From: Candidatus Latescibacterota bacterium | Lineage (GTDB): Bacteria; Latescibacterota; UBA2968 | Length of the DNA stretch: 64,000 nt | Direction of reading: 5' to 3' | Assembly: GCA_965208125.1 (NCBI GenBank) | Contig: OZ242320.1 | Location: forward strand, 3,392,001-3,456,000 | Shown here: positions 20,984-31,215 of the stretch, one piece after another | Layout: each line of letters begins with the position of its first letter | Position numbering within the stretch: position 1 is the stretch's first letter | The notes under the pieces: generated by a model | The model's input: only the letters and a program-made list of their open reading frames with translations | What the model was told of the DNA's origin: nothing | The model's database searches: none | Position numbers and translations under genes: made by a program

Positions 20984-22036
20984 ATGGCAACTCAAGTAGA
21001 ACGATCTTACGCGCTTAAGGTGGTGCAGGGATTTTATTCGACGTATTCGGGTATTCAGATTGCGGCGCAGACGTCGGATAATGCGAGCGATGAAGATTTG
21101 CAGTTTATGCAGCAACTCGGCGTGGAATGGATGATGGTGGGCGTTGACGACCAGGAGAATCAGAATGCCGATTATTACAAGGCTCTGAAAGACAGGTTTG
21201 CAAAATACGGTTTGCAGATTTATCGCATTGCCAATCGCAGTGTACACAATATGCCCGAAGTGACCCTGAATTTGCCGGGGCGAGATGAGAAGGTCGAGGA
21301 ATTTATTACTTTTATTCGCAATCTGGGCGAGGCGGGTATTCCATACAATACGTATGCACACATGGGTAATGGGATTTGGAGTTCGGGGCGCACAACTCGG
21401 CGTGGGGGCATGGATGCGAGGACGCTCGATATCGAGAATGCCACAGGGCATTGGGACGGTCAAATTTATGAGGGCAAATTGACACATGGACGGGTATATA
21501 GTGAGGATGAGCTTTGGGAGAATTACGAATATATGATTCGCAAGGTCGCGCCTGTTGCCGAAGAATCGGGTGTTTATATCGGTATTCATCCCGATGATCC
21601 CCCCGTGTATTCTCTGGGTGGGATTCCGCGCTGTATGTTTGGCAATTTTAAGGGGTACAAGCAGGCGATGGATATTGCGGATAGTCCAAATATCGGGGTT
21701 TGTTTGTGCGTGGGGTGCTGGCTCGAAGGGGGTAAAGAAGGCATGGGCGTGGATGTGATTGAGGCTATTCACTATTTTGCCAGCCGCAAGAAGTTGTTTA
21801 AGGTGCATTTTCGCAATGTTTCAAACCCGATGCCAGAGCCGTGGGCAGAGACTTTGATGGACGATGGGTACCAGGATATGCATGCGGTGATGAAAGCACT
21901 GCGGGAGGTGGAATTTGACGGGGCGATTATTCCCGATCATATCCCGCAGATTCTGGGAGGTAATCGCGCGGGGGTGGCGTATTCGATTGCCTATATGCGC
22001 GCGCTGGTTCAGGCGGTGAACAACGAAGCGGGTTGA
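20984..22036 (+). CDS. uxuA: Mannonate dehydratase family protein
   Basis: HPDDPP, VHFRNV and IPDHIP motifs. ATG at 20984 after GAAAGG. Confidence 0.8.
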   Translation: MATQVERSYALKVVQGFYSTYSGIQIAAQTSDNASDEDLQFMQQLGVEWMMVGVDDQENQNADYYKALKDRFAKYGLQIYRIANRSVHNMPEVTLNLPGRDEKVEEFITFIRNLGEAGIPYNTYAHMGNGIWSSGRTTRRGGMDARTLDIENATGHWDGQIYEGKLTHGRVYSEDELWENYEYMIRKVAPVAEESGVYIGIHPDDPPVYSLGGIPRCMFGNFKGYKQAMDIADSPNIGVCLCVGCWLEGGKEGMGVDVIEAIHYFASRKKLFKVHFRNVSNPMPEPWAETLMDDGYQDMHAVMKALREVEFDGAIIPDHIPQILGGNRAGVAYSIAYMRALVQAVNNEAG

Positions 22037-22047
22037 GGCGATAGGTA

Positions 22048-23508
22048 TTACGGTCCTTGTTTTCCTGTCGCGATGATTGTACCGGCGGGCAATAAGGTAT
22101 CAAGTCGGTTTGGCAGATCGTCGCCTATGCTGTGCAGCCATGTCATGAGTTGGTCGTGCAGGTCGTTTTCTGCGGTTGATATGTGGGGTTGCCCACTCAG
22201 GTTTTTCATTTCGTGTGGATCGGTTTGAAGGTCGTAAAATTCGTCGATGTCTTGCGGATTCCACACGTATTTGTAACGCTCGTTGCGAATGGCGCGCACT
22301 TCAAAGCTGTAACCGTTGTAGCGATAGTAGGTGCCATGTGCGATTTGAGGCCAGTCTGGGGGACGGCTTTGCGTACCGACAAGAGGGAGAAGGTTGCGCC
22401 CCTGGCGCGGTTGGTCAGGGGATGGTTTGGCACGGATGAGAGAGAAGAGGGTTTCGCCGATGTCGAGCAATGAGACATAAGCATCCTGGGTTGCAGGCGG
22501 TGTGTTGGGCGCGCGAATGATGAGCGGGATGCGCCAGACTTCTTCGTAAAAATAAGCCCCTTTGTCAAACCGGTTGTGCGCGCCTTCCATGTCGCCGTGG
22601 TCAGATGTGAAGACAACGGTTGTTGTATCGGCGAGTTTGAGCCGATCTATGGCGTCGAGTATGCGCCCGATGGCTTCATCGACCATTGTGATGTGTGCAT
22701 GGGAATAGGCGATAACGGTTTTCCATTCTTCTTCGTCGAGGGGGGATGTGTCCATGCAACCCCACCAGGGTGTCGAATGGAACCAGGGGCGTCCTTCGCA
22801 GTTGTCGCTCAGGTTTGCAGGCAGTTCGACGTGAGTGCGGAGTTCTTCGGCGAGTTTGACGTATTCTTTGGGCAGGTGATGCGGAAAGTGTGGTGGTGCA
22901 GAAGATACGGTGAGAAAGAAGGGTTTGTTGTGATGGCTCCGCGCCCATGTTTCGAGAAATTTTACGCCTTTGTTCACTATGGGAAAGGGTTGGATATTTT
23001 TTTTGGGTTGCGGTGAGTCTCCCCAAAATGGCGCGCGTCCTTTGATGAGGTTTTTGGTTTGGTTGGCGTAGTTGGCAACTGTTTTTGCGTAGGTGTGATC
23101 ATTTGTTTGTAGGTGGTATGGCTTTGAGTGTATTTCGATATTGGGATCAAAGCCGTGTGCGCCGCGTTTTTCCGGGTTGATATGCCCGAGGTGCCACTTG
23201 CCGTAGTAACCGACGTGATAGTCGAGGCGTACGGCTTCGTCGATCCAGGTTTTTTGATGGAGTGGCATGGATTCCTGGAGGGAATAGCCGACGGATTGGT
23301 TGTCGTAAACGCCATTTTGGTGCGGCCAGCGAGCCGTGAGTAGTGTGCCCCGGGCGGGTGTGCAGAGGGGACAAGATGTGAAAGCATTTGTGAATACCGT
23401 GCCTTCGGATGATAGGCGATCAATATTCGGCGTGGGTATGTCGGCACCGAGAAAGCCAAATGCCCATGCAGGCCATTGGTCGGTGAGGATGAATACTGTG
23501 TTTTGCAT
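22048..23508 (-). CDS. Formylglycine-dependent sulfatase
   Basis: CTPAR motif; GKWHLG, TSDHG and YDLQTDPHE motifs. Confidence 0.92.
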   Translation of the reverse strand: MQNTVFILTDQWPAWAFGFLGADIPTPNIDRLSSEGTVFTNAFTSCPLCTPARGTLLTARWPHQNGVYDNQSVGYSLQESMPLHQKTWIDEAVRLDYHVGYYGKWHLGHINPEKRGAHGFDPNIEIHSKPYHLQTNDHTYAKTVANYANQTKNLIKGRAPFWGDSPQPKKNIQPFPIVNKGVKFLETWARSHHNKPFFLTVSSAPPHFPHHLPKEYVKLAEELRTHVELPANLSDNCEGRPWFHSTPWWGCMDTSPLDEEEWKTVIAYSHAHITMVDEAIGRILDAIDRLKLADTTTVVFTSDHGDMEGAHNRFDKGAYFYEEVWRIPLIIRAPNTPPATQDAYVSLLDIGETLFSLIRAKPSPDQPRQGRNLLPLVGTQSRPPDWPQIAHGTYYRYNGYSFEVRAIRNERYKYVWNPQDIDEFYDLQTDPHEMKNLSGQPHISTAENDLHDQLMTWLHSIGDDLPNRLDTLLPAGTIIATGKQGP

Positions 23509-23523
23509 GATCAGAAGCCTTTC

Positions 23524-23551
23524 TTCTGCGTTTATCTGCGTTCATCTGCGG
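23524..23551. repeat. Short 10-bp-period repeat (ATCTGCGTTY)
   Basis: ttctgcgttt atctgcgttc atctgcgg read directly. Confidence 0.6.
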
Positions 23552-23732
23552 ATAGTTCTTTTCGATAATAAACCGATCTTTGCGGTATTTCGCAATCTCA
23601 GATTTGCCCTTGATAGATGCACATATAGTCACTATATTATATCACCTTTTATTCTCCTCCCCTGAGCTGTTTTTCCTTCCCCGCATGTCTTTTCTGTTAT
23701 CTTCACCTTCCAAACAAGGGTAGGAATATATT

Positions 23733-25613
23733 ATGGCAACGGCAATAAAATCGCGCACTTCCAATGCTACACAACTCGATTTGCTCTCGCAACCGAGGAC
23801 CAATGGGAAAACCAATGGCAAGAAAAATGGTGCCCATAATTACGACGAGAGTAAGATCAAAACCCTTTCATCGCTCGAGCATATTCGGTTGCGCACGGGT
23901 ATGTACATTGGGCGGCTCGGCTCGGGTACCGATCCCGACGACGGTATATACGTTTTGCTCAAGGAGGTTGTGGATAATGCCGTCGATGAATTTATTTCGG
24001 GTTTTGGCACAAAAATCGATGTGACTATTGACGCCAATCACGTCAGTGTGCGCGACTATGGGCGCGGCGTTCCGCTGGGCAAAATTGTCGAATGCGTTTC
24101 TGTGATCAATACCGGTGCCAAATACAACGACGATGTTTTCCAATTTAGCGTGGGCCTCAATGGCGTGGGTAGCAAAGCGGTCAACGCGCTTTCTACTGAT
24201 TTTCGCGTGGTGGCCTATCGCGATGGCAGGTACGCCGAAGCCCGCTTTACGCGCGGGAAACTCATTGGCGAAAAAAAGGGGAGGACTCGGGAACCAGATG
24301 GCTCCCTTTTTGAGTTCACGCCCGATCCTGAGATTTTTGAGGAATACGATTACAATTTCGAATACGTTGAGCGCCGCATGTGGAACTACGCCTGCCTCAA
24401 TAGCGGTCTCACGCTCGTTTTTAACAAACAGAAATTCGTCTCCAGGCGCGGCTTGCTCGATTTTCTCAGCCGCGAGGTCGATGATTCGGCGCTTTATGAA
24501 CCCGCGTATTACAAGGGGCAATATCTCGAATTTGCATTTACCCATACGTCCAATTATGGGGAAAATTATTTTTCTTTTGTCAATGGGCAATACACTATTG
24601 ACGGTGGTACGCATCAAAGTGCTTTTCGGGAGGGTATTTTAAAAGGCGTCAATGAGTTTTACAAGAAGAATTACAGTGGCGTGGATGTGCGGGAATCTAT
24701 CAATGGCGCTGTTGCAGTCAAGCTCAAAGAACCCGTTTTTGAGTCGCAAACAAAAAACAAACTCGGCAATACCGAAGTGCGCTCGTGGATTGTTTCTGAA
24801 ACGCGCAGTGCAGTGGTCGATTTTTTGCACAAGAATACCACGGCGGCACAAAAGCTTCAGGAAAAGATCAACCACAATGAGCGCCTGCGGAGAGAACTCA
24901 ACGATGTTAAGAAAAAGGCAAAGGAAGTCGCCCGCAAAGTCTCCATCAAAATCCCGCATTTCAAGGATTGCAAATATCATAAAGGCGATAAAAAACGCGG
25001 CAATGAATCTACTATTTTTATTACCGAAGGTCCATCTGCTGCCGGGTCTATGGTTGCCGCGCGGGATGTGGAGACTCAGGCTATTTTTGGTCTGAAGGGC
25101 GTGCCTCTCAATGTATTTGGAAAAACAAAAGCCGCAATTTACAAGAATGAAGAACTCTACAATCTCATGACGGCTTTGGGTATTGAAGACAGCGTTGAGA
25201 ATCTCCGTTTTAACAATGTGGTTATTGCCACTGATGCCGATTACGATGGTTTCCATATCCGCAACCTGCTGATGACTTTTTTCCTCAATTACTTCGAAGA
25301 ACTCGTTACTTCTGGTCATGTCTATATTCTGGAGACGCCAATTTTTCGCGTGCGGAATAGCCGTGAGACGCGCTATTGTTATAGCGAAAAAGAACGCAAT
25401 CAGGCCGTTGCAGATTTGCGAAATCCCGAGGTTACGCGCTTCAAGGGGTTGGGGGAGATCTCTCCCGGTGAATTTGGACAATTCATCGGAGAGGACATGC
25501 GTCTGATCAAAGTCGGCGTGCGCGCGCTCGCCGAGGTTCCGACTACCCTCGAATTTTACATGGGAAAGAATACACCTGACCGCAGAGATTATATTGTGGA
25601 GCATTTGATTTAG
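23733..25613 (+). CDS. parE: DNA topoisomerase IV subunit B
   Basis: GHKL motifs EVVDNAVDE, DYGRG and GLNGVG; TOPRIM motifs TEGPSA, ATDADYDG and RFKGLGE; short non-gyrase type. Confidence 0.92.
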   Translation: MATAIKSRTSNATQLDLLSQPRTNGKTNGKKNGAHNYDESKIKTLSSLEHIRLRTGMYIGRLGSGTDPDDGIYVLLKEVVDNAVDEFISGFGTKIDVTIDANHVSVRDYGRGVPLGKIVECVSVINTGAKYNDDVFQFSVGLNGVGSKAVNALSTDFRVVAYRDGRYAEARFTRGKLIGEKKGRTREPDGSLFEFTPDPEIFEEYDYNFEYVERRMWNYACLNSGLTLVFNKQKFVSRRGLLDFLSREVDDSALYEPAYYKGQYLEFAFTHTSNYGENYFSFVNGQYTIDGGTHQSAFREGILKGVNEFYKKNYSGVDVRESINGAVAVKLKEPVFESQTKNKLGNTEVRSWIVSETRSAVVDFLHKNTTAAQKLQEKINHNERLRRELNDVKKKAKEVARKVSIKIPHFKDCKYHKGDKKRGNESTIFITEGPSAAGSMVAARDVETQAIFGLKGVPLNVFGKTKAAIYKNEELYNLMTALGIEDSVENLRFNNVVIATDADYDGFHIRNLLMTFFLNYFEELVTSGHVYILETPIFRVRNSRETRYCYSEKERNQAVADLRNPEVTRFKGLGEISPGEFGQFIGEDMRLIKVGVRALAEVPTTLEFYMGKNTPDRRDYIVEHLI

Positions 25614-25623
25614 AGGATTAAAA

Positions 25624-27525
25624 ATGGCTTATATCGACAAGTTATTTGACCAGTATTTTTTAGAACACGCTTCTTATGTCGTGAAGGACCGGGCGATTCC
25701 GGACATTGACGATGGTCTCAAGCCCGTACAGCGCCGCATTTTACACGCGCTCAAAGAGCAGGACGATGGAAAATTTCACAAGGTAGCCAATGTCGTGGGA
25801 CAGACGATGAAATACCACCCCCACGGCGATCAGTCGATTTACGGCGCGCTGGTTCATCTGGCGAACAAAGATATGTTTATCGACAAACAGGGCAATTTCG
25901 GCAATATTTATACCGGCGACGAAGCCTCGGCTGCGCGTTATATCGAATGCCGATTGACCCCGCTCGCCAAAGATGTGTTGTTCAATCCGGAAATTACCGA
26001 ATACATCGAATCCTACGATGGTCGCAATAGCGAACCCGTTGTTTTTCCGGCGAAAATTCCCGTGCTCCTCGCGCAGGGTACCGAGGGTATTGCGCCGGGC
26101 ATGACCACGCGGGTATTGTCCCACAATTTGATCGAATTGTTGCAGGCACAAATTGCCTATCTCCAGGGGGAGGATTTTCAGGTCTTTCCCGATTTTGCGA
26201 CGGGTGGTTTTGTCGATGTGACCGAGTACGCCGATGGCAATGGCAAAGTGCTCGTGCGTGCCAAACTCGATACCAAAAATTCCAAACGGATTGTCGTGCG
26301 CGAATTGCCTTTTGGATCTACGTCTGACTCTCTCATCGCTTCGATTGAAGGTGCAGCCCGAAAAAACAAGCTCAAAATCGCGGGTATTAGCGATTATACG
26401 GGTGAAGAAGTCGAGATTGAAATTCGCCTTGCCCGAGGTGTGCATACCAAAGATACGGTGGATGCGCTTTACGCTTTTACCGACTGCGAGCAATCTATCA
26501 GTGTCAGTGCTCTCGTTATCAAGGATAATCGTCCCCATATCGCCACGGTGAGCGATATTCTCAAACACAATGCCGACCGATTGGTCGATATTCTCACGGC
26601 AGAGCTTAAAATTGAGCAGAGCCAGGTGCGGGACAGGTTGCACGCCAGAACCCTCGAACAGGTTTTTATTGAGAATCGCATTTACAAGGCAATTGAGGAA
26701 GTCGCCGATTCCAATGCGATGCACGAGGCGATACGCACGGGGCTTGAGCCTTTTTTCAGTTCAATTAGACGCCAAGTTACGGCAGAAGATCTCGATACGC
26801 TTTTACAAATTCCCATTCGGCGCATTTCGCTTTACGACATCACGAAAGCGAAAAAGGAAATGCGTGGGATGCGTGCGCGGCTCAGAGAGATCAAGACCAA
26901 TCTTGAGAATATCACGGGCTTTACTATTGATTTTCTGGAATATCTGATTGATCAATACAAGGACAAGTACCCCCGTCGCACCGAGGTCACTTCTTTTGAT
27001 CAGGTAGATGCACGCGAAGTGGCACAGCGCAATCTCAAGTTGCGCTATGATAAGAAGACGGGCTATCTCGGTTATGATGTCAATGGCAGCACGCTTATGG
27101 ATGTGTCGCAATACGACCGCGTGCTCGTGATTCGAAAAAATGGCACTTATTCTCTGCACGAAGCCCCCGACCGTCTCTTTGTGGATAAAGGTATGCTATT
27201 TTGCGATTTTGTCGATTCCGAACGGGTGTACACGGTTATTTACCGGGATAAGAAGACCAATTATCCCTGTATCAAACGCTGTAAGCTGGACACATTTATT
27301 CTGAATAGAGGATATGAACTCGTGCCACCGGGATGCCGATTGCTCAAGCTCACAACCGATCGCGATGTCGAGGTTCACGTATCGTATAAACCCAAACCCC
27401 GCCTGCGTATCCTCAATGAAGAATTTGCGATCGAAGACTATGCGGTTCGCGGCAAGACCGCCAAAGGCATGCGCCTATCAGCGCGCGAGGTCAAAAGCGC
27501 CAAATTTGTAAAGCCTAAAGTTTAA
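25624..27525 (+). CDS. parC: DNA topoisomerase IV subunit A
   Basis: DGLKPVQRR, YHPHGD and SAARYIE (catalytic Tyr) motifs; short C-terminal domain without a GyrA box. Confidence 0.92.
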   Translation: MAYIDKLFDQYFLEHASYVVKDRAIPDIDDGLKPVQRRILHALKEQDDGKFHKVANVVGQTMKYHPHGDQSIYGALVHLANKDMFIDKQGNFGNIYTGDEASAARYIECRLTPLAKDVLFNPEITEYIESYDGRNSEPVVFPAKIPVLLAQGTEGIAPGMTTRVLSHNLIELLQAQIAYLQGEDFQVFPDFATGGFVDVTEYADGNGKVLVRAKLDTKNSKRIVVRELPFGSTSDSLIASIEGAARKNKLKIAGISDYTGEEVEIEIRLARGVHTKDTVDALYAFTDCEQSISVSALVIKDNRPHIATVSDILKHNADRLVDILTAELKIEQSQVRDRLHARTLEQVFIENRIYKAIEEVADSNAMHEAIRTGLEPFFSSIRRQVTAEDLDTLLQIPIRRISLYDITKAKKEMRGMRARLREIKTNLENITGFTIDFLEYLIDQYKDKYPRRTEVTSFDQVDAREVAQRNLKLRYDKKTGYLGYDVNGSTLMDVSQYDRVLVIRKNGTYSLHEAPDRLFVDKGMLFCDFVDSERVYTVIYRDKKTNYPCIKRCKLDTFILNRGYELVPPGCRLLKLTTDRDVEVHVSYKPKPRLRILNEEFAIEDYAVRGKTAKGMRLSAREVKSAKFVKPKV

Positions 27526-27596
27526 AATAAAAAAACGACCCCAGAAGAGTCGTAAAGAAAAAAGATGTCTATGGCATTGTAAGACGGAGAAATTTC

Positions 27597-29060
27597 ATGG
27601 AAGTTGCTGAATTAACACTTGAAAGTGCGCCAACTCTGGAAGATGAGTGCAGAAACGAAAGCCACACACTGCACAGAGACCTGTTAGAAAAGAAATACGA
27701 GAGCCTGATTACCCACAATCCGAAATTAACAAGAACCCTTGTCAGCTTTCAGGCGAATAAAAACACGCCGTATTATCGATGGTTTAAGTACAAAGAAGGC
27801 TTCTCGGCGCAGATGGTTCAGTATCTTCTGAACACATTGACGGAGAAGCGGGGCGCATTGTTGGATCCGTTCTCAGGAACAGGAGCGGCTTTATTTGCCT
27901 CGCAGGAATTTGGATGGGAAGCTACGGGTATTGAGCTTCTTCCTGTAGGATGTGCGATTACCGAAGCCAGACAAGCAGCCGAGCAAGTAGATATTGTACA
28001 GTTAAAAAAAGAAATTGAGGCCTTGGATAGCATTGATTTTTCGACGATCAAATCCGATAGCCCGATCCAACATATTGCGATTACGGAAGGTGCGTTTTCT
28101 CGGCAGACGGAAGACCAATTGAATGGTTATTTAACTTATTGTGAAAATCAGATAGAAGATTCTCATATTAAGACACTATTGCGCTTTGCCGCTTTTTGTA
28201 TTCTGGAAAGGATCAGCTATACCAGGAAGGACGGTCAATATCTCCGCTGGGATTATCGCGCTGGCAGGACGAGAGTGAAGTCGAAATTTAACAAGGGTAA
28301 AGTCTATACTTTCAATGAAGCACTTCAGCAACAGCTCAATTTAATGGTTGATGATCTTCTCCATGAGGACATGGATCTTTTTAAAAAGGGAAATGTGCAA
28401 AAAAAAGAACAGAACATCCGGCTGATTCAAGGATCCTGCCTTGAAGAACTGTGTAAATTCAGTAAGGAGAATTTTAACTTTATTTTGACGTCTCCGCCTT
28501 ATTGTAACCGCTATGATTATACGCGTACTTACGCGCTTGAACTGGTATTTCTCAATAAGAACGAAGAGGAAGTCAAGCACCTGCGACAACAAATGCTATC
28601 CTGTACTGTCGAAAACAAAGAGAAAATTGAATCGTTGAAGACGCAATATGCGGACATGAAAAGAGAAGACTTTTTGCAGAAGGCTATTTTTGCTTTTGAG
28701 AACCATAATGCACTGCAAGAAGTCCTCTATTGGCTGAACGTATATAACAGGGAAGGCCAGTTGAATAATTCGAATATTCCGCGAATGATCGCAAATTACT
28801 TCCTCGAAATGGCTCTGGTCATATTTGAAATGAGTAGAGTGCTGAAGCCGGGTGGAAAGGTCGCGATGGTGAACGACAATGTCAGATATGCGGGAGAAGA
28901 GATTCCCGTTGATTTAATTCTTTCTGACTTTGCTGAAGCAGCGGGCTTATCCACAAGGAACATCTGGGTTCTGGGAACTGGCAAGGGGAATAGTAGCCAA
29001 CAGATGGGCAAGTACGGTCGCGCAGAATTGCGGAAATGCGTGTATGTTTGGGGTAATTAG
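27597..29060 (+). CDS. N4-cytosine DNA methyltransferase, M.AvaI/M.BsoBI-like
   Basis: VSFQANK...RWFKYKEGFS, DPFSGTG, TSPPYCNRYDYTRTYALEL and GKGNSSQQMG...LRKCVYVW motifs. Confidence 0.88.
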   Translation: MEVAELTLESAPTLEDECRNESHTLHRDLLEKKYESLITHNPKLTRTLVSFQANKNTPYYRWFKYKEGFSAQMVQYLLNTLTEKRGALLDPFSGTGAALFASQEFGWEATGIELLPVGCAITEARQAAEQVDIVQLKKEIEALDSIDFSTIKSDSPIQHIAITEGAFSRQTEDQLNGYLTYCENQIEDSHIKTLLRFAAFCILERISYTRKDGQYLRWDYRAGRTRVKSKFNKGKVYTFNEALQQQLNLMVDDLLHEDMDLFKKGNVQKKEQNIRLIQGSCLEELCKFSKENFNFILTSPPYCNRYDYTRTYALELVFLNKNEEEVKHLRQQMLSCTVENKEKIESLKTQYADMKREDFLQKAIFAFENHNALQEVLYWLNVYNREGQLNNSNIPRMIANYFLEMALVIFEMSRVLKPGGKVAMVNDNVRYAGEEIPVDLILSDFAEAAGLSTRNIWVLGTGKGNSSQQMGKYGRAELRKCVYVWGN

Positions 29061-29147
29061 CAGTTGAGTAAGATGAGTTACGTAATCTAATGGGAAAGCA
29101 AGAAATAAAAACAAGCATCCGTTACGCCAAAATTAAGGAAAATTTTG

Positions 29148-30050
29148 ATGCGGGTCTTTGATATTTTTTCGAAACGACAGAAGCGACAGCGGGGCGAAAT
29201 TCCCGACGTGTATCAGTACGAGACCATTCCTCAAGAATTGCGGGTTCAAGTTGTCCATATCTTGCGGGATGCCCTCGGAGAAGGTAGCGAAGCTGATCCG
29301 TACAAGTTCATCCATGAGACCTTATGCCGTGAATATGGCAAGTTCACACTTGGTGAATCCTATGATTCTGACCAAGAGGCAGTCCTCAACTTCTTTCTTC
29401 GGACAAAAGAAATAGAAAAAGCAATTGATGTTATTGAACTTACATTTCAATATATAGATCGTTACGTCCGTGAAAATGCACATTACTTCTATGAACAAAA
29501 GCTTACACCTGACCAGGCGATTGATGAGCTAAATCATCGGTTCCATGAACACGGAGTAGGATATCAGTATGAATCTGGTTTTATCGTTAGGGTTGATTCT
29601 CATTTGATCCACGCTGAAGTAGTGCGGCCTGCATTGACTATGCTTTCCAATCCGATGTACAAAGGCGCGAATACAGAATTTCTGAGCGCACACGAACACT
29701 ATCGAAAGAGAAGATACAAAGAATGCTTAAATGAATGTCTCAAGTCATTTGAGAGTTGCATCAAGGCGATTTGCGAAAAAAGGAGATGGCCTTACAATGA
29801 CAGCGATGGTGCCAGTCGCTTGGTTAGTATCGTGTTCGAGTGCGAATTGATCCCAACGTTTATGCAATCACACTTCTCAGCACTGAGGAACACATTAGAG
29901 GCGGGCGTTCCCACTGTTCGCAATCGCCTGTCGGGTCACGGGCAGGGAAGAGCAGAAGTACCCGTTCCAGAATCCATCGCCGGATACGCACTTCACTTGA
30001 CCGCATCAAACATCCTTTTATTGGCGCGAGCCGATGAGGAGATGAAATAA
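29148..30050 (+). CDS. AbiJ-NTD4 plus HEPN (STM4504/CBY_0614-like) abortive-infection-type protein
   Basis: N-terminal IFSKRQK...DVYQYETIP..LRVQ; C-terminal RNRLSGH (Rx5H) HEPN-like motif. ATG at 29148 after AAGGAA. Confidence 0.8.
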   Translation: MRVFDIFSKRQKRQRGEIPDVYQYETIPQELRVQVVHILRDALGEGSEADPYKFIHETLCREYGKFTLGESYDSDQEAVLNFFLRTKEIEKAIDVIELTFQYIDRYVRENAHYFYEQKLTPDQAIDELNHRFHEHGVGYQYESGFIVRVDSHLIHAEVVRPALTMLSNPMYKGANTEFLSAHEHYRKRRYKECLNECLKSFESCIKAICEKRRWPYNDSDGASRLVSIVFECELIPTFMQSHFSALRNTLEAGVPTVRNRLSGHGQGRAEVPVPESIAGYALHLTASNILLLARADEEMK

Positions 30051-30059
30051 GGATTATAT

Positions 30060-31166
30060 ATGCCCGAAAAGAAAAAACAGCATTATGTCCCTGTCTTCTA
30101 TCTAAAGCGTTTTTCATCGGATGGGAGAAGTATCGGGCTGTGGAATATCCAAGCTAAAAAAAAGGTACTTTCAGCGAGCTTAAAAAGCCAATGTTGTGAA
30201 AATTTTTTCTACGAACAGGGCGAAAATATAGAGAATTCGCTCAGCAATCTTGAAAGTCCTGCATCAAAAATCCTTAGATGTATTGATCGGGACAGCTCTC
30301 TGCCTCCCGCCTGGCATCAAGACTATGAAATTTTAAGGCGGTACATTTTTACGCAGCTTTTTAGAACTAAGTATATGACAGACGAAATAAATAGTATGTT
30401 AGATCAATTCAAGGGCACGGTTACACAAAATAATCCTCATCCATTACACATAAATGGACATACAAAAGAAGAATTTGAGGAGATCGTAGAAGAATTTAAG
30501 GAGAATACCCCGGAATTTTCTATAGTTGTTGCTTACTCTGATAGGGTGAAAAAGACAACTTCAGATTTAGAGAGTAAATTGTTAATTAACAAGACTAAAG
30601 TAGAATTTTTAACGTCTGATCATCCTGTTATTTTATACAACCAATTACTGAATTTTATGTCATCTTTTGGGATACCTGGTTCTCGTGCGGGATTGCCTGC
30701 AAAAGGACTTCAAGTTTTCTTTCCTATTAGCCCAACGAAGTTATTGTTGTTTTATGACCCTACCTCATATCAGGTTGGTCATAGTCAAGGGAGAAACGTA
30801 ACAATACGTCATAAGCAGGAGGTTTTAGATATAAATGTTCTTCAGATGTGCTCTGCCCATGAAAACATTTATTTTAAAAATGAAACTTTTGACATCAACA
30901 CTTTATACAATCGAGCCAAGCCATATATGAGAAGAATGCAAAATGCTTTTAATAAGCAAAACTTTAATGTCCAAAAAGAAAAGGAACGTGGGCTTATCCC
31001 CATGCATGGCTCAAGACCAGATATAAACACCGATTTGAAATCGTCCTTTATTCGTATAATGCAGGACGCCAAGCTTTACCGAACGAATCTCAAAAAGAAA
31101 ATAGAGGCTGGTCACAGTATTCCGGCTATTCTCCTACGAGAATCTTTGGGTAATTTAAGCATATAA
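30060..31166 (+). CDS. DUF4238 domain protein
   Basis: KKQHYVPVFYLKRFS N-terminus; FLTSDHPV and FPISP motifs. Confidence 0.85.
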   Translation: MPEKKKQHYVPVFYLKRFSSDGRSIGLWNIQAKKKVLSASLKSQCCENFFYEQGENIENSLSNLESPASKILRCIDRDSSLPPAWHQDYEILRRYIFTQLFRTKYMTDEINSMLDQFKGTVTQNNPHPLHINGHTKEEFEEIVEEFKENTPEFSIVVAYSDRVKKTTSDLESKLLINKTKVEFLTSDHPVILYNQLLNFMSSFGIPGSRAGLPAKGLQVFFPISPTKLLLFYDPTSYQVGHSQGRNVTIRHKQEVLDINVLQMCSAHENIYFKNETFDINTLYNRAKPYMRRMQNAFNKQNFNVQKEKERGLIPMHGSRPDINTDLKSSFIRIMQDAKLYRTNLKKKIEAGHSIPAILLRESLGNLSI

Positions 31167-31215
31167 TTTCCGGATATATTGGATTCCCAACAATCCTATA
31201 TAAGGAGTTTATCGA

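Noticed and set aside
23613-23630. NrdR-like sequence (gcacatatagt) upstream of parE
   Set aside because: Single site lacking the conserved left half; no partner box.
23868-26724. Long minus-strand ORFs opposite parE and parC
   Set aside because: Antisense shadows of well-supported genes.
27521-27550. Possible att or target-site duplication with 39012-39041 (tttaaaa...aaaaac...ccaga)
   Set aside because: Similarity is mostly low-complexity A runs; not convincing, and no integrase is present.
29061-29145. Possible C-terminal remnant of the AvaI/BsoBI-type endonuclease next to the methyltransferase stop
   Set aside because: The minus-strand frames I read showed no convincing similarity.
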